Positions 1-12,090 of a stretch of 64,000 bases of DNA are shown here, one piece after another (position 1 is the first letter of the stretch; each line of letters begins with the position of its first letter). The translations under genes and the position numbers were made by a program. The notes beneath the pieces are model-generated. The model searched no databases, was not told the origin of the DNA, and was given only the letters and a program-made list of their open reading frames with translations. The DNA comes from Eledone cirrhosa (Eukaryota), in contig OZ024744.1 of NCBI GenBank assembly GCA_964016885.1, positions 63,178,001-63,242,000 of the forward strand. The letters are read 5' to 3'.

Positions 1-363
1 GGTCGCGTGTCATTGACTTTGAGAGGTGTAGTTGGGTAAGGTCGGCTTTTATCACCTCATCCCAAGTCATCTTGGGTCTCCCCACTCCGCGGTTTCCATC
101 AACTTCTAGTGCTCTGCACCTTTTTATGCAGCTGTCATCCTTCATACGCATCACATGTCCATACCAGCGTAACCGCCTCTCCTGCACGCAGCATTTGATT
201 CCTCTTATGCTCAGTCTCTCTCTCAATTCCTTTATGCTTTGTCGTTCACGTATATTACTGTTACACATCCATCGGAGCATGCAGGCTTCGCTTCTCTCTA
301 ATCTACGTAAGTCTTCCACCTTCAGCGCCCAGGTCTCACTACCATGCAACATCGCTGTTCGGA
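1..363 (-). mobile_element. RTE-clade LINE fragment (3' end of ORF), cut by the window edge and the gap
   Basis: Minus strand encodes ..RLRWYGHVMRMKDDSCIKRCRALEVDG.RGVGRPK.TWDEVIKADL.., the typical RTE C-terminus. Closely similar to 9375-9735. Confidence 0.85.
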
Positions 364-563
364 NNNNNNNNNNNNNNNNNNNNNNNNNNNNNNNNNNNNN
401 NNNNNNNNNNNNNNNNNNNNNNNNNNNNNNNNNNNNNNNNNNNNNNNNNNNNNNNNNNNNNNNNNNNNNNNNNNNNNNNNNNNNNNNNNNNNNNNNNNNN
501 NNNNNNNNNNNNNNNNNNNNNNNNNNNNNNNNNNNNNNNNNNNNNNNNNNNNNNNNNNNNNNN
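364..563. other. Assembly gap (200 N)
   Basis: Run of N. Confidence 1.
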
Positions 564-1284
564 ATAATACATACATATATATAGTATATAATACATATGT
601 ATATATATTATATATATATATATATGTATATATGTATATATATATATATGTATATATATGTATATATATATATATGTATATATATGTATATATATTATAT
701 ATGTATATATGTATATATATGTATATATATATATATGTATATATGTATATGTATATATATATATATGTATATATGTATATATATATATATATGTATATAT
801 GTATATATATATATATGTATATATATGTATATATGTATATATGTATATATATGTATATATATATATATGTATATATGTATATATATGTATATATATATAT
901 GTATATATGTATATATATATATATGTATATATATAGTATATATATATATGTGTATATATATATATATATGTATATATATATGTATATATGTATATATGTA
1001 TATGTATATATGTATATATATATAAGTGTATATATATGTATATATGTATATATATATATGTATATATATGTATATATGTATATATATATATATGTATATA
1101 TATGTATATATATATATGTATATATGTATATATATATATGTATATATATGTATATATATGTATATATATATGTGTATATATATGTATATATATGTATATG
1201 TATATATATATGTGTATATATATGTATATATGTATATATGTATATATATGTATATATGTATATATATGTATATATGTATATATG

Positions 1285-1315
<31 letters not shown>

Positions 1316-4068
1316 GTATGTATATATATATGTATATGTGTATATATATATATGTATATGTATATGTATATATATGTGTAGTATGTATATATATATATAT
1401 GTGTAGTATGTATATATATATATATGTGTAGTATGTATATATATATATATGTGTAGTATGTATATATTATATATGTGTAGTATGTATATATATATATATG
1501 TGTAGTATGTATATATATATATATGTGTAGTATGTATATATATATATATATATGTGTAGTATGTATATATATATATATGTGTAGTATGTATATATATATA
1601 TATGTGTAGTATGTATATATATATATATGTGTAGTATGTATATATATATATATGTGTAGTATGTATATATATATATATATGTGTAGTATGTATATATATA
1701 TATGTGTAGTATGTATATATATATATATGTGTAGTATGTATATATATATATATGTGTAGTATGTATATATATATATATGTGTAGTATGTATATATATATA
1801 TGTGTAGTATGTATATATATATATATGTGTAGTATGTATATATATATATATGTGTAGTATGTATATATATATATATGTGTAGTATGTATATATATATATA
1901 TGTGTAGTATGTATATATATATATATGTGTAGTATGTATATATATATATATGTGTAGTATGTATATATATATATATGTGTAGTATGTATATATATATATA
2001 TGTGTAGTATGTATATATATATATATGTGTAGTATGTATATATATATATATGTGTAGTATGTATATATATATATATGTGTAGTATGTATATATATATATA
2101 TGTGTAGTATGTATATATATATTATATGTGTAGTATGTATATATATATATATGTGTAGTATGTATATATATATATATGTGTAGTATGTATATATATATAT
2201 GTGTAGTATGTATATATATATATATGTGTAGTATGTATATATATATATATGTGTAGTATGTATATATATATATATGTGTAGTATGTATATATATATATAT
2301 GTGTGTAGATGTATATATATATATATGTGTAGTATGTATATATATATATATGTGTAGTATGTATATATATATATATGGTGTAGTATGTATATATATATAT
2401 ATGTGTAGTATGTATATATATATATATTTGTGTAGTATGTATATATATATATATGTGTGTAGTATGTATATATATATATATGTGTGTAGTATGTATATAT
2501 ATATATATGTGTATAGTATGTATATATATATATATGTATAGTATGTATATATATATATATATATGTATAGTATGTATATATATATTATATGTATAGTATG
2601 TATTATATATATATATATGTATAGTATGTATATATATATATATATGTATAGTATATATATATATATATATGTATAGTATGTATATATATATATATATGTA
2701 TAGTATGTATATATATGTATAGTATGTATATATATGTATAGTATGTATATATATATTATATGTATAGTATGTATATATATATATATATGTATAGTATGTA
2801 TATATATATATATGTATGTAGTATGTATATATATGTATAGTATGTATATATATATATATTATGTATAGTATGTATATATATATATATATGTATAGTATGT
2901 ATATATATATGTATAGTATGTATATATATATATATGTATAGTATGTATATATATATATATATGTATAGTATGTATATATATATATGTATAGTATGTATAT
3001 ATATATATATATGTATAGTATGTATATATATATATATGTATAGTATGTATATATATGTATAGTATGTATATATATATATATTATATGTATAGTATGTATA
3101 TATATATATGTATAGTATGTATATATATATATGTATAGTATGTATATATATATATGTATAGTATGTATATATATGTATAGTATGTATATATATATATATA
3201 TATATGTATAGTATGTATATATATATATGTATAGTATGTATATATATATATATGTATAGTATGTATATATATATATGTATAGTATGTATATATATATATA
3301 TGTATAGTATGTATATATATATATATGTATAGTATGTATATATATATATATGTATAGTATGTATATATATATATGTATAGTATGTATATATATGTATAGT
3401 ATGTATATATATATATATATATGTATAGTATGTATATATATATATATATATGTATAGTATGTATATATATGTATAGTATGTATATATATATATATGTATA
3501 GTATGTATATATATATATATGTATAGTATGTATATATATATATGTATAGTATGTATATATATGTATAGTATGTATATATATATATATATGTATAGTATGT
3601 ATATATATGTATAGTATGTATATATATGTATAGTATGTATAGTATGTATATATATATATATGCATAGTATGTATATATATATATATGTATAGTATGTATA
3701 TATATATGTATAGTATGTATATATATATGTATAGTGTATATATATATGTATAGTATGTATATATATGTATAGTATGTATATATATGTATAGTATGTATAT
3801 ATGTATATATATGTATAGTATGTATATATATATATATATGTATAGTATGTATATATATATGTATGTATATATATATATGTATAGTATGTATATATATATG
3901 TATGTATATATATATATGTATAGTATGTATATATATATATGTATAGTATGTATATGTATAGTATGTATATGTATAGTATGTATATATATATATATGTATA
4001 GTATGTATATATGTATAGTATGTATATATATATATATGTATAGTATGTATGTATGTATGTAAATATAT
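564..4068. repeat. TA-rich compound micro/minisatellite: degenerate (TA)nTG, then GTGTAGTATG(TA)n units, then GTATAGTATG(TA)n units
   Basis: Tandem units visible directly. The long Y/I/M/H/T ORFs in the track are artefacts of this array. Confidence 0.97.
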
Positions 4069-4636
4069 GTACAACCTGTCTCATGGTCGGGTCATTGGCG
4101 ACTAAACTGGCAACCCCACCAAGGTTTCTCGGTGAGGAGGGTGACTTTGGACATCCTGCAGGACTAAAAACAAAACCTGTCAAAGGGCAAAGGAGCTCTT
4201 AAGGGTTAATGGCCATCCAAAATCTCCGGCAGAGATGACCCCTTAGCCTTTGTCAAGGCAGAATTCTAGGAGAAGGAAAACTCTGATATAACACCTGCAA
4301 CCCTGATGGTATCCAATGATGTTGACTTATTCTTCTTTTTGGTAAATATCATCTTGGTTAAGAGAGTGGGACTGGCTTTGTGCAGTGCCTTTGCTCACTA
4401 TAAAAGCTTCACGGCACAGGCATTGCTTTATATCTGGAGATCTCTCTGCACTTATCGTCACATGGTACCATGGCCCCAGCACTATGTCAATAATTGTCAC
4501 AAGTGTAGTGTTTGTACCAGAGTTTTCAAGTCGCTGGCTGGACTAAAAAGTCACACTCGTTCAGCGCATCGGTAGGGGTTCTCCTACATGGATATAAAGT
4601 AGTGGCCGTACTCGAAAACGAGTTGGCAGCCACCAT
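4069..4636 (+). mobile_element. ~570-bp non-autonomous bipartite RTE-like retroposon, copy 1
   Basis: Near-identical to 7600-8169. Contains CTAGGAGAAGGAAAACTCTGAT (RTE 5'UTR-like motif) and a terminal C2H2 finger [25 protein letters not shown]. Confidence 0.65.
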
Positions 4637-4961
4637 ATGTATATATACATATATGTATAGTATGTATATATATATATGTATAGTATGTATATATATATAT
4701 GTATAGTATGTATATATATATATGTATAGTATGTATATATATATATGTATAGTATGTATATATATATATGTATAGTATGTATATACATATATGTATAGTA
4801 TGTATATATATTTATGTATAGTATGTATATACATATATGTATAGTATGTATATACATATATGTATAGTATGTATATACATATATGTATAGTATGTATATA
4901 TATATATGTATAGTATGTATAGTATGTATATATGTATAGTATGTGTGTATATATATGTGTG

Positions 4962-4994
<33 letters not shown>

Positions 4995-5143
4995 GTGTGT
5001 ATATATATATATATATATGTATAGTATGTATATATATATGTATAGTATGTATATATATATGTATAGTATGTATATATATATGTATAGTATGTATAGTATG
5101 TATATATGTATGTATAGTATGTATATATATATATATGTATAGT
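4637..5143. repeat. Continuation of the GTATAGTATG(TA)n minisatellite
   Basis: Same unit as 2520-4060. Confidence 0.95.
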
Positions 5144-5144
5144 A

Positions 5145-5292
5145 TCATCTCATTTCTACAGCTGAGTAAACTGGAGCAATGTGAAATTAAGTGCCTTGCT
5201 CAAGGAAACAACACATCACTTGGTCTGAGAATTGAACTCACAACCTTTCGATTGCAAGCCCAATGCTCTAACCACTAAGCCATGTGCCTCCA
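5145..5292 (-). mobile_element. tRNA-derived CORE-type SINE, 5' part only
   Basis: Minus strand has A box TGGCTTAGTGG and B box GAGTTCAATTC, then TCCTTGAGCAAGGCACTT. Matches the heads of 8246-8583 and 48913-49253. Confidence 0.75.
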
Positions 5293-5309
5293 TTATATAT
5301 ATATATACA

Positions 5310-6360
5310 GTATCAGTGAGGTCAAGTACACCATCATTATTATGAACACACTTCTCCCCGGCAATATCACTGTTTTCCTTGACACATTGTCTTGTAATCC
5401 TGAACACCTCACGTTTTTGGACCCCGTGTTGTAGAACATGCTTGAACTTTCTATCCTCTGCTTCCCTTATTGCAAGATACACTTGTCTCCTAGCTCCTGG
5501 CCACTTTCCAAGCCTGCTTTTTGGCCTTGATTGTCTCCTCCACCTTACTGTTCCACCACCAAATTACTCTCCTCCTGCCTAGAGGTCTGCTTCAGTCACA
5601 GATTTTATCTGTCGCCTTCAGCAGGTTAACTTTCAGGAATTCCCACTGTTCCTCTATACTGTACATCTCTAATTGCTCTTCCTTACTGTCAAAAGCATCA
5701 AGTAATATGCTTTTAAATTTGTCACTGGCTGTGGGGTCCTTTAGCTTCCATATTCTCCTCAAAGTAGTCCTCCTCTGTCGTTGAGTATGTCTAGTCCTGA
5801 CTATGAGGTCGCTAACTATTACGCTATGTTGGGAGGTGCATTCTTCACGGGGACTCTGTCACATCTTCTAGTAAGGCTGGCGTATTCTGTCACATCTTCT
5901 GTCTGGCTGGCGTATTCCCCTGATCTATAAGTGATCAAGTGATTGTCTCGTTTTTTGAAGTTTGTGTTGCAGATAGTTAGGTTATTAGCGTCACAGAATC
6001 CAGGATTCAGAGCTTTCCTCATTTCTAATACCAAACCCATAGCCTCCATGGGTTCTATCATAGCCATCACAATGTTGTCCAACGTGACCATTAAGGTCGC
6101 CAGCAATAATTAAGTAGTCACTGTCGGTTATTTGGGAGGTAGTGAGCATTATAGAACCTGTCTTTTATAACATCAGGTAGGCCAGAGGTGCATAAGCGGA
6201 TATTATTGTCACAGTAATTCTGTTTAGGACTAGTCTTATTCTTTCGTTCACTCTATTTACGGCAATTACCTTATCTACCCATTTTTCTGTTAACATAATT
6301 CCTACTCCACCCAGTCCATTGTCATTTCCCACCTAGAAAAGTTTATAGCATCGTTTTTTT
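5310..6360 (-). mobile_element. Degenerate RTE LINE fragment (endonuclease and linker)
   Basis: Minus frames give IISAYAP, GDLNGHVG, FCDANNLTICNTNFKKRDNHLITYRSG and WWWNSK, with frameshifts. Confidence 0.8.
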
Positions 6361-6599
6361 ACGCAGTGTGGGAGACGGAATTATGTTGGTCATCCCTGTC
6401 TGAAATAAATATATATAATGTATGTATATATGTGTGTGTGTGTGTATATGTATGTATGTGTGTGTGAGAGAGGTGTGTGTAAAAGGTAAACAGAAATAAA
6501 ACTACTGTGTTATTTTTTCCTAGACTAGAATCTTGCGAACAGATTTCGTCCGCACCGTGTGTATGTGTGTTTGTGTGTGAGTGAACAGAAATAACAACA

Positions 6600-7456
6600 C
6601 AATTGGTACAGGATATGGAAGGTATATATTAGGTTAATGCTTGATATAGCAGGAAGAGGGTCTTAACGTTTTCGGACGTTAGTCCTTCATTAGAAGAAAG
6701 AATGATTAATAAAATAGATTGAGGGGTCGGGTGGGATGGAATTGGAAAAAATGTATTTAGATAAAAATAACAGGTCATTCATGTTGACATCTCTTGCAAA
6801 ACTGTTGGTGCTGGTGTTTTGTGTATGATTTGTTTTTTTAGAAAAGTGGATGATAGAGCACCTCTACCTGAAATGGAAAAAAAAACGTTTTGTAAAAAGA
6901 GCTATACTTGAGCACGTGCGTAAGCATATGTTTGTGTGTGTTATTATAGGTCCGTACGAAGCTAAGAAGAAATGTGTGTGTATATGTGAGTAAAAGAGTG
7001 TGTGTGTGCATGTAAGCACGAAGCTATGAGCAAAAGTATGTTAATATAAGGGTGTGTTTCGGCATGTATTAGTTGTAAGAGAAGCTGCTAATGATCAAGA
7101 GAAAGCGATAGGAATCAAGGGCATAGACAACGTGGGTGGATGTGCAGGTGAAGGAATGGCAGATACGGAAAGACCCGTTAGGGCCTGTAAGAGTGGTGAG
7201 GGTGGAAATAAAGGGACAAGTGTTGCAGCGGGAACAAGGATGAGAGCCGGGTCGAGTCGTGGGAACTGTGAACCAGGAGGTCGTGGAGGTTGCAGGAGCG
7301 TAAAAGCAGTGATGAGTGGGTTTTGAAAAAAGCAAGAAGTGACGGGGTCAGAAGAGAGGATACGGAAGGAACGGAGGATATGTCGCCGGAGTGATAGGGT
7401 GATTGGCTGGTAGGTGAGAGGGAAAGGAACACAGGTGTTGAGAGGGTGGGGGTCAG

Positions 7457-7460
<4 letters not shown>
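6600..7460 (-). mobile_element. Penelope-like element (PLE) remnant: RT-EN linker, start of GIY-YIG, 3' pLTR-like region
   Basis: Minus frames: PFPLTYQP..ILRSFRILSSDPVT..F.NPLITAF, NLHDLLVHS, PCSRCNTCPF..FTCTSTHVVY. A hammerhead-like motif lies downstream at 6661-6697. Confidence 0.75.
6661..6697 (-). ncRNA. Degenerate minimal type-I hammerhead ribozyme motif
   Basis: Minus strand: TCTT-CTAATGA-A-GGAC TAAC GTCC-GAAA-ACGTT-AAGA. Stems I and II pair. The core CUGAUGA carries a G->A change. Confidence 0.6.
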
Positions 7461-7523
<63 letters not shown>

Positions 7524-7599
7524 CGTATATATATGTATGTGTATGTATGTATGTGTATATATGTATGTATGTGTATATAACATGGTAACATGTATCCCA

Positions 7600-8169
7600 G
7601 TACAACCTGTCCCATGGTCGGGTCGTTGGCGACTAAACTGGCAACCCCACCAAGGTTTCTTGGTGAGGAAGGTGACTTTGGACATCCCGCAGGACTAAAA
7701 ACAAAACCTGTCAAAGGGCAAAGGAGCTCTTAAGAGTCAATGGCCATCCAAAATCACCGGGAGAGATGACCCCTTAGCCTTTGTCAAGACAGAATTCTAG
7801 GAGAAGGAAAACTCTGATATAACACCTGCAACCATGATGGTATCCAATGATGTTGACTTGTTCTTCTTTTTGGTAAATATCATCTTGGTTAAGAGAGTGG
7901 GACTGGCTTTGTGCAGTTCCTTTGCTCACTATAAAAGCTTCACGGCACAGGCATTGCTTTATATCTGGAGATCTCTCTGCACTTGTCCTCACATGATACC
8001 ATGGGCGCAGCACTATGTGTCAATAATTGTCACAAGTGTAGTGTTTGTACCAGAGTTTTCAAGTCGCTGGCTGGACTAAAAAGTCACACTCGTTCAGCAG
8101 ATCGGTAGGCATTCTCCTACATGGTTATAAAGTAGTGGCCGTACTCGAAAACGAGTTGGCAGCCGCCAT
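7600..8169 (+). mobile_element. ~570-bp non-autonomous bipartite RTE-like retroposon, copy 2
   Basis: Colinear with 4069-4636 over the full length. Confidence 0.65.
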
Positions 8170-8245
8170 GTGTATATATGTATGTATGAGTATATATATA
8201 TGTATGTGTATGTATGTATGTATGTATGTATATATGTATGTGTAT

Positions 8246-8583
8246 ATCATCATCATCATCATTTTACGTCCACTTTTCCCTGCTTGCAAGGGTGGGACGG
8301 GAACTGATACTGGCTTGATTTCTACAGCTGGATGCCCTTCCTAACACCAACCTCATTTACAGTGAGTGCTGGGTGCTTTTTTGCCGTGACACCTCCACGA
8401 CCACTTTGCAGTGGAATGATAGAGACCCCAGTCCCTATCATCGCATTTCTACAGCTGAGTAAACTGGAGCAATGTGAAATAAAGTGTCTTGCTCAAGGAA
8501 TCAACACATCACCCGGTCTGAGAATTGAACTCACAACCTTTCGATTGCAAGGCCAATGCTCTAACCACTAAGCCATGTGCCTC
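8246..8583 (-). mobile_element. Full-length SINE: tRNA-like head, CORE-like body, RTE-derived tail ending (GAT)n
   Basis: A and B boxes present. Tail GGTGTTAGGAAGGGCATCCAGCTGTAGAAATCAAGCCAG is shared with the RTE 3'UTR at 9130-9205. Near-identical copy at 48913-49253. Confidence 0.85.
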
Positions 8584-8919
8584 TCTCTCTCTCTCTCTAT
8601 TATGTATGTATGTGTATGTATATATGTATGTATGTGTATATAGATGTATGTATGTGTATATAGATGTATGTATGTATATGTATGTGTGTGTATATATATA
8701 TATGTATGTATGTGTATATATGTATGTATGTGTATATATATGCATTATGTCTTTGAGCAAGACACTTTATTTCACATTGTTGCTCCTACCTGGAGTTGCG
8801 ACCGACCGATAGATAGTATTAGCAATCAGAAAGACCAATGGAAACATTGTTTCTTCGGTCCGATTTGACGAATGTCGATCGTTCCTTTTTTTTTATGTAT
8901 ATGTGTGTCTGTGTGTATC

Positions 8920-8970
<51 letters not shown>

Positions 8971-9069
8971 TCTAACCCATGCTAGCGTGGAAGAACGGAC
9001 GTAAAATGGTGATGATGATCATCATCATCACCGTTTTACGTCCGTTCTTCCACGCTAGCATGGGTTAGA
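8971..9069. repeat. Near-perfect palindrome of two tail-to-tail RTE 3' termini
   Basis: 49-nt arms (8971-9019 and 9021-9069), one mismatch, 1-nt spacer. Confidence 0.92.
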
Positions 9070-10131
9070 CGGGTTGTCCTGTTGTGGGCATGTCTGGTCG
9101 GCTAACCATGTCTTACTCATACAGGAACTGATTCTGGCTTGATTTCTACAGCTGGATGCCCTTCCTAACACCAACCTCATTTACAGTGAGTGCTGGGTGC
9201 TTTTTCGTGGCGCCTACACGTCCACTTTACAGTGTGGGCTGGGTACTTTTTTGTCGTGGCACCTCCACGACCACCTAGCGGTGGGAGGGTGTGGGGGCAT
9301 ATTGTCTATATGCCTCAGCTTGTACCCATGGGAGGTCGGGTACTCTGTATTACTGCGTGACGCCAGAGGTCACGGTTGTGTGTCATCGCCTTTGAGAGTT
9401 GTAATTGGGTAAGGTCGGCTTTTATCACCTCATCCCAGGTCTTCTTGGGTCTCCCCACTCTGCGGTTTCCATTGGCTTCTAGTGCTCTGCACCTTTTTAT
9501 GCAGCTGTCATCCTTCATACGCATCACATGTCCATACCAACGCAACCGCCTCTCCTGCACACAGCATTTGATTCCTCTTATGCTCAGTCTCTCTCTCAAT
9601 TCATTTATGCTTTGTCATTCGCGTATATTACTATTACACATCCATCGGAGCATGCAGGCTTCGTTTTTTTCTAATCTACATAAGTCTTCCACCTTCAGCG
9701 CCCAGGTCTCACTACCATGTAACATCGCTGTTCGGATACACGCATCATACAGTCTGCCTTTCATTTTGAGGGAGAAGCCCTTTGCAGCTAGAAGTGGTAG
9801 TAGTTCCCTAAATTTCTTCCATCTCGTTCTTACCCTAGTTATTGTACTTTCTGAACACCCACCTCTGCTGCTAATTCGGTCACCTAGGTAGCAAAAGCTG
9901 TCTACTGTTTCTACAGAGCCCTCCCAGAGATTGGTGGTACTTGTTTCCTGTGGCTGTTTGCTGCTTGCTGTCCCAGCACAGCTGCTGCATGTGAAGCCTA
10001 CATTCTTAAGCTTCCTGAGATCCCGCTACATCTCTTGTGTACCCATTGTTTGCATTGGGGCAGAGAATGGAGTTCATACCTACATCTTTCCTACATACTG
10101 AGCAAGGCCATTTCCCTGAGGGGATCTGGGT
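9020..10131 (-). mobile_element. 5'-truncated RTE LINE (zinc-finger insert, C-terminal ORF, 3'UTR, (GAT)n tail)
   Basis: PSGKWPCSVCRK.., SFCYLGD, WKKFRELLPLL, RLRWYGHVMRM, GRPKKTW; ends GGACGTAAAACGGT(GAT)n. Confidence 0.9.
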
Positions 10132-10139
10132 TATATATA

Positions 10140-10380
10140 TATATATATTATATATATAGTAATAATAATAAATTTGAAGACTAAAATCCAAAGAGGGCTC
10201 GATAAGGATAAATATATATCAAATATATAAGAACCGGAGAGCAAATATTTATTAAAATAACAGATTAAAGTTTAAGCAAAGAATCGCTGCTTTGACCCTT
10301 AAGGGATCTTCAGAAGATCCCGTTAAAGGTGAAGGCAGCAATTCTTTGCTTAAACTTTAATCTGTTATTTTAATAAATAT
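10140..10380. mobile_element. Fold-back (hairpin) element, copy 1, with hammerhead-like core; probable PLE pLTR derivative
   Basis: Inverted arms ~10245-10311 and 10313-10380 around a 1-nt centre. The whole unit is repeated at 14820-15058. Confidence 0.6.
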
Positions 10381-11173
10381 ATATATGTATGTAGACATGT
10401 ATGTATGTAGACATGTATGTATGTATGTATGTATGTATGTATGTATGTATGTATATATATATGTATGTATATATATATGTATGTATATATATATGTATGT
10501 ATGTATATATGTATGTATGTATGTATGTATATATGTATGTATGTATGTATGTATATATGTATGTGTATATATGTATGTATGTATGTGTATATATGTATGT
10601 ATGTATGTGTATATATATGTATGTGTATATATATATATATGTATGTGTATATATATGTATGTATAGATATATGTATATGTATGTATAGATATCTCTTAAG
10701 AGAGTGGGACTGGCTTTGTGCAGTGCCTTTGCTCACTATAAAAGCTTCACGGCACAGGCATTGCTTTGTATCTGGAGATCTCTCTGCACTTGTCATCACA
10801 TGGTACCATGGGCCCAGCACTGTGTCAATAATTGTCACAAGTGTGGTGTTTGTACCAGAGTTTTCAAGTCGCTGGCTGGACTAAAAAGTCGCACTCGTTC
10901 AGCGCATCGGTAGGGGTTCTCCTACATGGATATAAAGTAGTGGCCGTACTCGAAAACGAGTTGGCAGCCACCATACATATATATATATATATATATATAT
11001 GTGTATATATATATATATGTGTATGTGTATATATGTGTATATATATATATATGTGTATATATATATATATGTGTATGTGTATATATGTGTATATATATAT
11101 ATATGTGTATGTGTATATATGTGTATATATATATATGTGTATGTGTATATATGTGTATATATATATATATGTG

Positions 11174-11237
<64 letters not shown>

Positions 11238-11725
11238 CGTATATATGTGTGGGTATATATATATATATACATATACGTCTATATGTGTGTATATATATAT
11301 ATATATGTATATATATATACTTGTATATACAAGTATATATATACATATGCGTGTATATGTGTATATATATATACACATACATATGCGTGTATATATGTGG
11401 GTCATCATCGCTTAACGACTATCTTCCACGCTAGCATGGATTTAGACGGGTGTATATATGTATTTATATATATATATATATATATATATACAAGTATGTG
11501 TGTGTATATATATGTGTATATATATATGTATATATAAATATATACGTGTATATATATATACATACATGAGTATATGTGTGTGTGCATATATACATGTGTG
11601 TGTGTATGTATATATATATGTGTGTGTGTATGTATATATATATGGGTGTGTGTGTATGTATATATATATATATGTGTGTGTATGTATATATATATATGTG
11701 TGTGTGTGTGTATATGTATATGTAA
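10381..11725. repeat. (TATG)n/(TA)n/(TG)n microsatellite field containing the 3' half of the bipartite RTE-like element (10696-10974)
   Basis: Simple repeats visible. 10696-10974 matches 4358-4636. Confidence 0.9.
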
Positions 11726-11739
11726 ATCTTCTTGAGTTA

Positions 11740-12010
11740 TCCAATGCCTTAAGACAGTGGTGAGTCATTGAGAAACTTGAAGCTCTGGAATCCTTGGTCT
11801 ATATCTGTCTCGATTTCAAGGTAATATACGGCAGGACACCACGTCTCTTTGCACTGGGAGTCCCAAGGTGCAATCTTCCAGTGGGTTCATCACAGCGAGT
11901 GACATGGCCAGCAAAGGCCGAATGACGACTACGACAACACTTCACAACATCAAAGATGCAGGGAGGCAGTGATCCACACTGAGACTTACTTGTTGGATGA
12001 CGTCGCCAGG
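11740..12010 (-). mobile_element. Old LINE C-terminal fragment (RTE-X-like)
   Basis: Minus frame R.RHSAFAGHVTRCDEP...L.TP..KRRG..PYIT resembles the RLRFAGHC.R..GRP terminus. Confidence 0.5.
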
Positions 12011-12051
12011 AGATGTTGCGTGTATATATATATGTGTGTGTGTGTGTGTGT

Positions 12052-12090
<39 letters not shown>

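Noticed and set aside
1375-4060. Regularly spaced repeats resembling a CRISPR array
   Set aside because: The spacers are (TA)n, not unique sequence. No cas genes, and the context is eukaryotic.
344-5278. Long Tyr/Ile/Met/His/Thr-rich ORFs (up to 650 aa), also at 10365-11768
   Set aside because: Translations of TA-rich satellites that lack stop codons, or of the N gap.
5220-5292. tRNA-like sequences (also ~8510-8583, 49180-49253 and the MetaSINE heads)
   Set aside because: They are SINE heads fused to CORE or Meta bodies. No convincing cloverleaf or Pol III terminator.
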